From Oligoflexales bacterium (GTDB lineage: Bacteria > Bdellovibrionota_B > Oligoflexia > Oligoflexales > RGVZ01), in assembly GCA_044236265.1 (NCBI GenBank), contig JBIIGV010000018.1, forward strand, positions 1 through 33,108: a stretch of 33,108 bases of DNA, written 5' to 3'. Shown here one piece after another: positions 19,322-28,322 of the stretch. The notes beneath the pieces are model-generated. The model did no database searches. It saw nothing but the letters and a program-made list of their open reading frames with translations, and was not told where the DNA came from. The position numbers were made by a program, and so were the translations under genes. Each line of letters begins with the position of its first letter. Position 1 is the stretch's first letter.

Positions 19322-20029
19322 ATGATGTTTACGTCCAAAAAACAATGGCTTGTCATTGCAGCCTTGGCCATTGTCAATGTTGCTTCTTGTACATCCAACG
19401 ACTCTGAGGATGATGAGTCAATGGAGGTCGAAGAGCCAATTGATGCGGCTCCAGAGTCGGCTGAGGAAGCGCAATCTCCCGAGCCAACCGATGCAGCTTC
19501 AGCAGTACCTGGATCAGATCCTGCAGCGTTACCTGAAGCTAAACCTTCAGACTCTGTTTCAACGGCGCCCTCCACATCCTCGCCGGATGTGGCTCCAGTC
19601 GCTGCGACAGCAAAAGCGTCAAGCTCAGAGCGCGTCATGTATGTGAAGTATGATGGCGTTGCAATTCGTGAAAAACCAGACTCCAGGTCAAAGCGCCTTG
19701 GAAAATTAAACCGCGGTGATCACAGACTAGTGACAATCGAGGGTGATTGGGCGCGCACGTCGGATGGTAAATACATCGCAATGAAGAGTTTAAGTGAAAA
19801 AGGAGTCGGTGCTAAAAGAAAAGGTGCGCAATGGTCTGGAGGCGGATCTGGTGCGGTTGAATCAGCTCCATCTGCCGCTCCTGCGCCATCAACCGAACAG
19901 GCCGAGCCTCCTAAAAAGCTCCCCAAGAGGACAAAGTCTGCAAAGAAAAAAGCAGAGGAATCTCCGGCGGCATCCACTGCTGCACCGGCAGAGGCCGCGG
20001 GTGATCAGAGCCCCAAAGCTGCTGAGTGA
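19322..20029 (+). CDS. Lipoprotein with a bacterial SH3 domain and low-complexity flanks
   Basis: Lipobox VASC; acidic Ala/Pro/Ser linker; SH3b-like YVKYDGVAIREKPDSRSKRLGKLNRGD...GDWAR...GKYI; GAGGAG RBS before ATG 19322. Confidence 0.82.
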   Translation: MMFTSKKQWLVIAALAIVNVASCTSNDSEDDESMEVEEPIDAAPESAEEAQSPEPTDAASAVPGSDPAALPEAKPSDSVSTAPSTSSPDVAPVAATAKASSSERVMYVKYDGVAIREKPDSRSKRLGKLNRGDHRLVTIEGDWARTSDGKYIAMKSLSEKGVGAKRKGAQWSGGGSGAVESAPSAAPAPSTEQAEPPKKLPKRTKSAKKKAEESPAASTAAPAEAAGDQSPKAAE

Positions 20030-20069
20030 CGCTCACGGTCATTGATGGTGGCGTCATAGCACCTAAAAC

Positions 20070-20909
20070 GTGATACCAGAGGTTATCGTGAAAAAATTGG
20101 CGCAATGGATTGAAATATCCGGGCTGGACGGCGTCATACAGGCGTCTATCGTCCAGCCTGTGACGTTTACAGGAGCATTGACCCAGTTTATCGGAAATAC
20201 ATTGTTAAGGTCCTTTCGACCCCGAATGTCGATTAAGCTTTTCATGCGACAGTGTGAATTTGTTGGTAATCAAAGTATTGGCGTTATGATTTTAGCTGGG
20301 ATGATGATCGGCGCAGTTTTCGGATTGCAGTTCGGTGAGATATTCAGAATTTTTGGCGCAGAGGGGATGATCGGTGCTGCAGCAGGCTATGCTTTGAGCA
20401 AAGAGTTGGCTCCAGTTGTTGGCTCTTTTCTCGTAACAGCGCGAGCTGGCAGTTCAATGGCCGCCGAAATTGCGACGATGCGTGTTAATGAGCAGATTGA
20501 CGCCATGCGCGTGATGGCGGTAAATCCATATAACTATCTAGTTGCCCCACGAATCTGGGCCAGTATTGCGATGATGCCGCTTCTCACGATGATCTTTATT
20601 TTATCGGGAGTTTTTTGCGCATATTTGATTGGCGTTGCTATTTATGACGTAGACCTCGCTGTGTTTTTTGACAAGATTCAATGGATCGTGAAGCCCAGAC
20701 ATCTCTGGGAGGGCGCTCAGAAAGCCATGGTTTTTGGAATGATTCTTTCCGCCATTGGCTGCTTCAAGGGATTTAATGCATCCGGAGGAGCTAAGGGTGT
20801 CGGCAGAGCAACAACGGAAGCAGTCGTTATTTCTCTTGTCACGATTCTTGTGGTGGATTTCTTTATTAGTTACTGGAACTACATCCAGGTTCAAGACAGT
20901 ATTTTATGA
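20070..20909 (+). CDS. mlaE: MlaE family ABC transporter permease
   Basis: KELAPV, ARAGSSMAAEIATMRVNEQIDAMRVMAVNP, YLVAPR and GGAKGVGRATTEAVV. Confidence 0.94.
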   Translation: MIPEVIVKKLAQWIEISGLDGVIQASIVQPVTFTGALTQFIGNTLLRSFRPRMSIKLFMRQCEFVGNQSIGVMILAGMMIGAVFGLQFGEIFRIFGAEGMIGAAAGYALSKELAPVVGSFLVTARAGSSMAAEIATMRVNEQIDAMRVMAVNPYNYLVAPRIWASIAMMPLLTMIFILSGVFCAYLIGVAIYDVDLAVFFDKIQWIVKPRHLWEGAQKAMVFGMILSAIGCFKGFNASGGAKGVGRATTEAVVISLVTILVVDFFISYWNYIQVQDSIL

Positions 20910-23041
20910 AGTCTTTATTGCCTTACGGTGATGATTTGACCTCTCACCGCAACATGATGCGGGTATTGGGCGGTGTTGTTGTCGTATGTGTTCTTTTTGC
21001 GCTTGGTGTTTACCTGAGTGGATTGCTCGACAAACATATTTTAAGCTTAATGGCTGACCTCAGGGGGCGAATCAAAGAGCGCTACGGCGTCTCGACATCC
21101 ATCGGTCAAGTGGAAACAGGCCTCGGTTCTCTGCGTCTTGGTGAGGTGAATGTAGGCGAGCCGTCGTGGATGACGATTGATCGGGTTGACATTTCCGTAT
21201 CACTCAACCCGCTATCTGGCTTCCTAAAACCAAAAGCAATGACGATTGGTCGTGCCGTGGTTAAGGTTCCCTGGAACCAGGAGCGGTGGCCTCAAGAGGT
21301 CCGTTCGCTCTATGAGGCGATCAAAAGGCGAGGTGAGACCAGTGATGGGAGTGCTGGTGGTCCCGTGCCGACAGCCGTTCACAGTTTTATGCCGCAAAAA
21401 CTAAACGTTAATGCTGCAAGAGTTGAATTTGCTGATGGTGATCAAACGAAGTTTCTTGGTGAGGAGCTCAATGTGGCTCTGGACATTGCCGAAAGAAAAA
21501 TGACCTTCGGTGCGCGTAGACTGCAGGTCTTGGAATTGGTAGATGAATCATTTGTTGGCGGCGATTTTGACTTTAAAAAAGACGAGGTTGTGTCTGGATC
21601 TTTGTTTAGTCGTCTTGCACCAGGGGAGCCATTGACTTGGAGTTTTGCTTGTGAGGGCAAACGGGACGCCTCATTAGTCAGCTGCCAGATCGATGCTAGC
21701 CACTTACCACGTTCCTTGCTTTCGCCCGTAACGCGATGGTTTGGTAAGGGTTTTTCTCCCGGTTATCGCGGAGCGATCATTGTTGATCGATCTTCACCAG
21801 GCGTTGCTGATGCGCCAATAAAAATCTCGCTCGATGGTCAACTTGGAGATGTTTTTGTGGAACATCCGTCTATCGCAATTGGCGTTGTGGGGCCGGGATT
21901 TCTCGGTTTGAAGTTGCAGGGCGAACTAGACGTGCAGCGTAAACTTGTGAGATTTTTTCCATCGAGCTTTGCATTGTCGTCAGCCGATCAGCAGCGTGGA
22001 CAGGCAGCCCATCAAATAATTCCAGTCAATATTGATGGTGAGCTGTCATTTCAAAAAAACGCCAATTCGGAATCGTTGCGCCCCACTGGTTTTATCAATG
22101 CAGACATGCCAGCAACTGAATGTCGGTCTATCTTAAAAGCCATACCTCAATCCTTTCTTCCAGATGTCGCTGAATTTAGATTAGGTGGCGCTGTCCAGTT
22201 TCAAGCAGCGGCAACATTGGTGGATGGTATCCCGGAGATCAAGATAGCGAAAGGTTCCGCATTCGGTTGCGAGGTGCTTGGTGTGCCTGAGATTTATTCG
22301 TCCGCATACCTTAGTGGCCCCTTTAATATCGAACGCAATCTGCCCGATGGGAAAATTTACATCCCAGTGGATCCAGCCCGGCCGTATTTTGCCGCCTACC
22401 ATGACGTTCCCCCTTTGGTAAGAGCAGCATTTGTGAGTAGCGAGGATGCAGGTTTTTTTCAGCACAAGGGAGTTGAACTTTCTGCCATAATTGGTGCACT
22501 TGAGCGAAATACTGAAGAGGGTCGTGCTGCCGTTGGCGGGTCAACTATTACGATGCAGACGGTCAAGAATTTATTTTTAGCGCGGGATAAGACGATATCA
22601 CGCAAGGTACAAGAAATTTTCCTGGCTTGGCATCTTGATCGAACGATTTCCAAGGAGCGAATTCTTGAAATTTATTTGAATATGGTTGAGTTTGGCCCTA
22701 GTCTTTACGGAATTGGAATGGCCAGCCAGCGATTTTTCGGAATTTCTCATAAGGATCTCTCATTGAAACAGGCAATCTATTTGGCCTCTTTGCTCCCTGC
22801 CCCGGTTCCACGTTATCGTTATTTCTGTAAGGGTGAGACGACCCCGAATTATGAGCGATTGCTGCGACAATTGCTGGATCGAATGTTGGGGTTAGGACGG
22901 ATAACAGCAGCGCAGCATGCGATGGCCGTTTCTGAAAAAATTCAGTTTTCAGATCTTGAACGGGAAAGTGCCTGCGGGAGCAAGAGTTACGCTGGAAGTG
23001 AAAGCGAAGTGGATGTCGAGCTTGATCAAAAGCAGCGCTAA
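20906..23041 (+). CDS. Large monofunctional peptidoglycan transglycosylase (GT51) with a long N-terminal beta-rich (AsmA-like) region
   Basis: N-terminal TM; C-terminal GT51 motifs SEDAGFFQHKG, GGSTITMQTVKNLF, RKVQE and KERILEIYLN; no transpeptidase domain. Confidence 0.88.
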   Translation: MKSLLPYGDDLTSHRNMMRVLGGVVVVCVLFALGVYLSGLLDKHILSLMADLRGRIKERYGVSTSIGQVETGLGSLRLGEVNVGEPSWMTIDRVDISVSLNPLSGFLKPKAMTIGRAVVKVPWNQERWPQEVRSLYEAIKRRGETSDGSAGGPVPTAVHSFMPQKLNVNAARVEFADGDQTKFLGEELNVALDIAERKMTFGARRLQVLELVDESFVGGDFDFKKDEVVSGSLFSRLAPGEPLTWSFACEGKRDASLVSCQIDASHLPRSLLSPVTRWFGKGFSPGYRGAIIVDRSSPGVADAPIKISLDGQLGDVFVEHPSIAIGVVGPGFLGLKLQGELDVQRKLVRFFPSSFALSSADQQRGQAAHQIIPVNIDGELSFQKNANSESLRPTGFINADMPATECRSILKAIPQSFLPDVAEFRLGGAVQFQAAATLVDGIPEIKIAKGSAFGCEVLGVPEIYSSAYLSGPFNIERNLPDGKIYIPVDPARPYFAAYHDVPPLVRAAFVSSEDAGFFQHKGVELSAIIGALERNTEEGRAAVGGSTITMQTVKNLFLARDKTISRKVQEIFLAWHLDRTISKERILEIYLNMVEFGPSLYGIGMASQRFFGISHKDLSLKQAIYLASLLPAPVPRYRYFCKGETTPNYERLLRQLLDRMLGLGRITAAQHAMAVSEKIQFSDLERESACGSKSYAGSESEVDVELDQKQR

Positions 23042-23916
23042 ATAACGAAATGCACCGGATCGGCGATATCATCGTAGGCTGTGTAGCGATGAGATGAATC
23101 GAGTCGTACGCGACTCATGGCAAATTCGTGATCATGAGTAAAGAAAATCCAGGAATTTTCATTTGCAAATCGGTCATAGAATGATTTTTTTTCATCAATG
23201 AGCATCTCTGGATAGCGGTCATACCCCATGGTGATGGGTAGGTGTATCCATGCCCGTCCCGGTATCAGATCACCTGCAAATGCGATGGCCGACTTGTTGC
23301 TTTTGGCAATTGTGTGCATGTGGCCTGGAGTGTGTCCCTCGGTGAAGACAAAGGACAAATAATTGGGAAGAACGTCTGGATGTTGGTTTCCATCAACCAA
23401 AATCAGGCGGCCAGATGTTTTTAGTTTGTCGCATAATCCTGGAATAAATGATGCACGGTCTCGAGTGTGTGGGTTTTCCGCGCGAGAAAAAGCGGTCTTT
23501 CCCACGACATATTTTGCATTAGGGAATAGGAGTCCAGTTTTACCCTGCTGTTGCTCGGCCCAGGACGGTAGAAGTCCCCCAGCATGGTCAAAATGAAGGT
23601 GGGATAAAATGACGAAATCGATGTCACTATCTTTAAACCCGAGCGCCAAAAGATTTTCTATTAATCGATGAGACGACTCTACGACGCCATAACGATCTGC
23701 AAGCTTTGGCTCAAAAAACGCGCCGATTCCAGTTTCGCAAAGAATGCGCTTATCGCCGATTTCAAGAAGCATGGCACGACAGTTCAATTCAATGCGACTG
23801 CGATCGTCCGGTGAAATCCATTTCTCCCAGACCGCGCGCGGCGCATTACCAAACATCGCGCCGCCGTCGAGCCTCTGAGTGTTTCCCTTGATCGCTGAAA
23901 CCTTGATGGACTGCAT
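23038..23916 (-). CDS. MBL-fold metallo-hydrolase (YtnP-like)
   Basis: LDGGAMFG, SHLHFDHAGG, GHTPGH, AGDLIP, MGYD and FTHD; ATG 23916 marks where family similarity begins. Confidence 0.92.
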   Translation of the reverse strand: MQSIKVSAIKGNTQRLDGGAMFGNAPRAVWEKWISPDDRSRIELNCRAMLLEIGDKRILCETGIGAFFEPKLADRYGVVESSHRLIENLLALGFKDSDIDFVILSHLHFDHAGGLLPSWAEQQQGKTGLLFPNAKYVVGKTAFSRAENPHTRDRASFIPGLCDKLKTSGRLILVDGNQHPDVLPNYLSFVFTEGHTPGHMHTIAKSNKSAIAFAGDLIPGRAWIHLPITMGYDRYPEMLIDEKKSFYDRFANENSWIFFTHDHEFAMSRVRLDSSHRYTAYDDIADPVHFVI

Positions 23917-24084
23917 TAAATATGAACTCTGATTCGTTATTTTAAATTTCGAAAGTTGGTGATCCTGACAAAAAAAAAGTGATTCATCAACAACTTCATT
24001 TGCTTCTTTTTTGACTTGAGCAATTACTGTGCGAATCGGTAAAACCATTGGTGCCAAAGGCCTTTACGCAAAATTAATCGGACT

Positions 24085-24141
24085 TTATTCACACTGTCTG
24101 TGGATAAGTTTTTTTCCAATCTTGTGGATGAATTTTTCACC
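24085..24141. promoter_or_regulatory. DnaA-box cluster
   Basis: TTATTCACA (24085-93, +), TGTGGATAA (24099-107, perfect, -), TGTGGATGA (24123-31, 1 mismatch, -), TTTTTCACC (24133-41, 1 mismatch, +). Confidence 0.7.
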
Positions 24142-24237
24142 ATATGCGCCTTCAGCTTGTGCAGTTTTGACAAAAACTCACGATTTCAAATATTTAGAGA
24201 TAAATGGCCGATTGGCCAACAAAATTTAGTCATGGGT

Positions 24238-24250
24238 AATCAATGAGTTA
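24238..24250 (+). promoter_or_regulatory. IHF binding site consensus
   Basis: AATCAATGAGTTA matches WATCAANNNNTTR; a variant TTTCAAATATTTA lies at 24184-24196. Confidence 0.55.
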
Positions 24251-24272
24251 GGAAATGTCCTGAAATTTGATT

Positions 24273-24300
24273 TCAAGGGGTCGGCATTTTTTGCCGAGAA
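24273..24300 (+). promoter_or_regulatory. Putative sigma28 (FliA)-type promoter for the peptidase gene
   Basis: TCAA-N16-GCCGAGAA; contains the palindrome TCGGCA-N5-TGCCGA. Confidence 0.55.
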
Positions 24301-24367
24301 GAAGTCTACGTGGGAAGGAAGTTGTGATCCGGTTTCGCGATCCCTGACCACGTGGAGCCATTACTTT

Positions 24368-26194
24368 ATGTTGAAGCAATACATATCCGGTTTGTTAACC
24401 ATGGGGCTAATTCTTTGTCCTGCGATGGTGCATGCCGGATCATTGTTTCCAACCTTGCCAAAGATGATTGAAACAGAGTGGCAATCTCACAGCATCATGC
24501 AGTCCACAAGATTGAGGCATTCCGCTGCCGGCGGTCTCAGTTTGGATCATTACGATCGCCACCGAGTGCTGAGAGAAATTTTGCAGATTCGTGGTGTCCA
24601 TCCTTTGATGCAGCTCGTTGAAAGGCCTTCAGATTACGAAGGATTGCGCCAAGGGATCAGGCTCACCGGAGCCGCGCACTTGAACGTTCGGCAATATTCT
24701 CTGCGTGTTGGTAAATACGATGTTTGCGATGCGAACTTTCGCACAGTCGAGTCGCCATCTGGCTCATTGAATGCGATGGGAGTCATTCCGAATGTTGCGG
24801 CAGTTTACCCATTCGTCGACGATGCATGGCAGGGCAAAGAGGAGGCTGTCTCATCGGTGCTTTCAAACTTAAAGACAGCTGGTGTCGATGCCCGTTCTTA
24901 TATTCTTACCCAAGCCTCTATGTGTCTGTACCCTGAAAATGAACAGCTAATTCCAGCATGGAAAATTGTTTTGCGCATTGGTTATGTTCCGTATCAGTTT
25001 TATGTCGGTGACGCAGGCGTCATTGAGGGTGACATTCTGGGTTTCGATGTCGATGCCAAAGTACGCGCTTATCGTAAAAATCCAAAAGATGGTCAGATTG
25101 TCGATTTTACTGTCAACGTGACAGGCGACGGATTTTTAACGAATGATTACTTCACCACAATTTCATCAGATCCATCTCGTCCGCGTCAACAGTCATCAAA
25201 TAACGTGTTTGCGCAATCCATGAGTAGTGGTTACGCGCCGGAACAGTCTTCATTTGCACACGTGAATGAGCATTTTGATTTCGCTAGCAGTAAAGGATAT
25301 CTTTGGAAGGGGCCGAAACCACTCACCGTTAAGACGAATGTTACATTTTCAGGCGGTGATGTTAACAACGCCCTGTATACCCCTTTCGACGGTCGATTTG
25401 GTCCTTTTATTCTCATTGCAAATGGAGATGGCATCGGTTTCCAGGGTCTGGCATTGGACAGCGACGTCGTAAGTCATGAGTTTGGCCACCATATAATTTT
25501 TGGTTCGATCACCAGCACCCAGGGCGAATCACTTGTTATTCATGAAGGGTTAGCAGACGCCATTGCGTTTATGAGATCGGGTGACGGATGTCTTGGAGAA
25601 TCCATATGTCCTGTCAAAGCAAATCCAAGTGACAGCAGATGCCAAATAAATGGATCATGCCTGCGGAGTGGGGCGACCTCCATGAAGTATGGAGATTCAA
25701 CCTACAACTCGTCTCAGGCTCACTTTAAAGGGCAGATAGTTTCAGGTCTCTTTTGGGATTTGTATCAGAGTGGCAAAATTCCAAAAGACGAGATGGGTAA
25801 GCTTGCCATTGGAACGGTCGCCTACCTGCCCGGCAGGGCTAATATTGCGGCTTTAGTTACGGCTATTCTGGACGCTGACTTTGCATTGTTCAATCGTCAA
25901 TACCAATCGGCCATTATCGATGCAGCTGCGGGACGTGGCATGGGCGTTGATAAGCTTGGAATCAACCTGGCATCGATTGATGGTATCGCTCCACCTTCAG
26001 AGGAGGAGTCAAAGTCCAAATCCGGCGGCGGAGGGTTTTTGGGGCTTTGTTCCATCGGGTCTGGTCACATGTCGATGGAATCATCGCTATTGATTGCAAT
26101 TATTTTGATTTTGCCAATCGCAGCTCAGATAATTGTCACCAGGCGTAGGCCGGTTCTTGTCCCAATTCCGAAAAAAACCGGAAAAGTACCGTAA
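24368..26194 (+). CDS. Secreted zinc metallopeptidase (M36/M4 thermolysin-like) with a C-terminal sorting/anchor signal
   Basis: Signal peptide, propeptide-like region, NNALY, DVVSHEFGHH (HEXXH), IHEGLAD, H in SQAHFKG; the tail is Gly run-Cys-TM-RRR. Confidence 0.88.
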   Translation: MLKQYISGLLTMGLILCPAMVHAGSLFPTLPKMIETEWQSHSIMQSTRLRHSAAGGLSLDHYDRHRVLREILQIRGVHPLMQLVERPSDYEGLRQGIRLTGAAHLNVRQYSLRVGKYDVCDANFRTVESPSGSLNAMGVIPNVAAVYPFVDDAWQGKEEAVSSVLSNLKTAGVDARSYILTQASMCLYPENEQLIPAWKIVLRIGYVPYQFYVGDAGVIEGDILGFDVDAKVRAYRKNPKDGQIVDFTVNVTGDGFLTNDYFTTISSDPSRPRQQSSNNVFAQSMSSGYAPEQSSFAHVNEHFDFASSKGYLWKGPKPLTVKTNVTFSGGDVNNALYTPFDGRFGPFILIANGDGIGFQGLALDSDVVSHEFGHHIIFGSITSTQGESLVIHEGLADAIAFMRSGDGCLGESICPVKANPSDSRCQINGSCLRSGATSMKYGDSTYNSSQAHFKGQIVSGLFWDLYQSGKIPKDEMGKLAIGTVAYLPGRANIAALVTAILDADFALFNRQYQSAIIDAAAGRGMGVDKLGINLASIDGIAPPSEEESKSKSGGGGFLGLCSIGSGHMSMESSLLIAIILILPIAAQIIVTRRRPVLVPIPKKTGKVP

Positions 26195-26262
26195 CATTCG
26201 TACTCCGTTGAATCACCCGTCTCGAGGTCTGCACTCACTCGGGTAAATTTTGTCTCGCCGTC

Positions 26263-26289
26263 TTTAGTTCAAGGCGCAAATTCCGACAC
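26263..26289 (+). promoter_or_regulatory. Possible sigma28-type promoter
   Basis: TTTA-N15-TCCGACAC; degenerate. Confidence 0.3.
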
Positions 26290-26340
26290 AGAACTGCCAG
26301 TTTGAACTGATTTTTGGATGGCGAAAGGGTTGCGTCTCTT

Positions 26341-27438
26341 ATGCTGAATCGTCGAGCCTGCGTGGTTTCGTTATTAGTTTTATCTTTATTCATTCAGGGA
26401 ATCGCCACTGCGGGTCCTGCGGTAGAAATTATCCCAGTTGCGGTTTGGCAGGGGCGTGCTCAGTCACTAGCTAGTGGAGCTATGATTGACGATTTACGCA
26501 AGGCTTGGCCAGATGCCCGGATTGCCCATGCAGTCAGTGCGGCGCCTTTTTTGCGCGGTGATGCTGCCACACGTTCCTACAAGGAGAGATTGAATGCTCA
26601 AATCAGGATTGGTGATGACATCGTCCTGCACATGGCTCCATGGAAGACTATTGCGGATAAAGCTTCAGTTTCATACAAGTATGATCCGACTCTTTTTGGA
26701 GTCAGGATCGCAGAGCAAGAGTGCGCTGAGGATTGTGGTTTAGATCTCAGTTTCTCAGCTTTCTCATCGGGTGACGTTAGCAAAATGATTGCAGTGTCGC
26801 GTAAGATTTTTTCGGAAAACGACATGGGCTCACCAGCAGCAGTTTACTTTGAGGAGGGCGCAACCTCCGATGTTTTACAATCTGCAGCTCGTCGGCAAGG
26901 TATCGTGCAGAATTGGTCAGGAATTGAGATGTCACAATTGAAATCGTCTCTTGGGCGTTTTCCTGTTTATCATTTGAATCGTGACTATGTTGAAAAGCTT
27001 CCTCTGGGCGATTATAGCCGAGCGGAAAGTGAAGGACTGTTTCTTGATCATGTTCGTTTTGGTATTCATGCTGAAATTGCGGATATGGAATCGAGCCTTT
27101 TAGTTTTTAACTCCGCTCTTGAACAAGCAAAAAAATCCGGTCGTTTGGTTCGGATTCCCATTGTCTTTAATGTTGATGATCTCTATTACACCCACGAGTT
27201 TGTGAGGGAGGCTGTGTTGAAGGCACGAGACGTTGCAATGCAGGCTGGCGTGCAGATCGTTGCGTGGACACCTCAAAATTTGACCTGGAGCCTCGGCAAC
27301 AAGACGCCTGCCGCTCGGCCAGTGTCCCTTGTCATCGCGACACAAAAATCAGAGAATAATAACGGAGAAGCCGTGTTTGTCTCCCAAGAAGAATCAGAGC
27401 TAGATCGGGCCAATGATTTTGATGTGATTGCCCATTAG
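26341..27438 (+). CDS. Exported polysaccharide deacetylase (CE4/NodB)-like protein with degenerate catalytic motifs
   Basis: Signal peptide; the motif spacing VAVWQG / GDDIVLHMAPW / GSPAAVYFEEG mirrors CE4-like VDWEG / GDEIGLHxH / PxSFRAGG, recognised by eye. Confidence 0.55.
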   Translation: MLNRRACVVSLLVLSLFIQGIATAGPAVEIIPVAVWQGRAQSLASGAMIDDLRKAWPDARIAHAVSAAPFLRGDAATRSYKERLNAQIRIGDDIVLHMAPWKTIADKASVSYKYDPTLFGVRIAEQECAEDCGLDLSFSAFSSGDVSKMIAVSRKIFSENDMGSPAAVYFEEGATSDVLQSAARRQGIVQNWSGIEMSQLKSSLGRFPVYHLNRDYVEKLPLGDYSRAESEGLFLDHVRFGIHAEIADMESSLLVFNSALEQAKKSGRLVRIPIVFNVDDLYYTHEFVREAVLKARDVAMQAGVQIVAWTPQNLTWSLGNKTPAARPVSLVIATQKSENNNGEAVFVSQEESELDRANDFDVIAH

Positions 27439-27466
27439 ATTAAAGCCAACTTCAAGAGGTGTCAGC

Positions 27467-28267
27467 ATGTCGTATTACGTGGATGTGCACACGCATCTTA
27501 CGCACGATGACTTTGTGGAAGATCGTATCGGCGTTATCGAGCGCGCTCGGTCGGCCGGGCTTGGTGCTATCGTAGTCAATGGTCTGGAGCCCAAAAGCAA
27601 TCGAATGATTCTTCAAATGGCGAAAGCAGATCCATTAATCCGGCCCGCTCTTGGAATTTATCCTTTGGATGCTGTTTGTCATGATATACCAGCCGATTTT
27701 CCATTCTCAGTGCCCAAGTTTGACTTGGCAGAAGAAATTCGCTTTATTCGCGCCGAAGCCGCGGCTGGTCGTCTGGCAGCCATTGGAGAGTGTGGGTTGG
27801 ATGGGTATTATCTTGGTCCCGAGCATCTCCCGGGGCAGGAGAAAATATTCGAGCAGCTGATTGACATTGCCATGATCCACAACTTGCCGATCATTATCCA
27901 TACCCGTAAATGTGAGCAGAGGGCTGGAGAGATCCTCGCCAATTTAGGCGCGAAGAAAGTTAATTTTCATTGCTTTGGCGGACGTGCGACCATGGCCCGG
28001 GACTACGCTGAAAAATATGGGTGGTGGTTCTCCATACCGGCCAACTGTACAGTCAATGAGGGCTTTCAAAAAATGATGAAGATACTGCCAGCGGAATCTA
28101 TTTTGACGGAGACAGATGCTCCCTATTTGGCGCCGGTACGTGGACAACGTAATGAGCCTGCGAATGTTGTCGGAACTGTTAATAGATTAGCCGAATACCG
28201 TGGATGGACCGAAGAAGACGCAAAAAACCGGGTGTTTCAAAACTTCACCCGGTTATTTGGAACTTAA
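27467..28267 (+). CDS. tatD: TatD family metal-dependent hydrolase/DNase
   Basis: VDVHTHL, AIGECGLD, IIHTR, FHCF, LTETDAPY and RNEPAN; GAGGT RBS before ATG 27467. Confidence 0.94.
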   Translation: MSYYVDVHTHLTHDDFVEDRIGVIERARSAGLGAIVVNGLEPKSNRMILQMAKADPLIRPALGIYPLDAVCHDIPADFPFSVPKFDLAEEIRFIRAEAAAGRLAAIGECGLDGYYLGPEHLPGQEKIFEQLIDIAMIHNLPIIIHTRKCEQRAGEILANLGAKKVNFHCFGGRATMARDYAEKYGWWFSIPANCTVNEGFQKMMKILPAESILTETDAPYLAPVRGQRNEPANVVGTVNRLAEYRGWTEEDAKNRVFQNFTRLFGT

Positions 28268-28281
28268 TCTTTAGGTAATAA

Positions 28282-28304
28282 GCCATCGACCTCTAAGAGA
28301 TGGC
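28282..28304. terminator. Possible hairpin between convergent tatD and OMP genes
   Basis: GCCATC-N11-GATGGC. Confidence 0.25.
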
Positions 28305-28322
28305 AATAACAATCGATTCAAA

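Noticed and set aside
19400..20029. Low-complexity Ala/Pro/Ser/Glu stretches as DNA repeats
   Set aside because: No nucleotide-level tandem periodicity; these are ordinary disordered linkers.
23917..24229. N-terminal extension of the MBL ORF to 24057, and ORF 24029-24229
   Set aside because: Family similarity begins at ATG 23916. The region is AT-rich and carries DnaA boxes, so it is better explained as non-coding.
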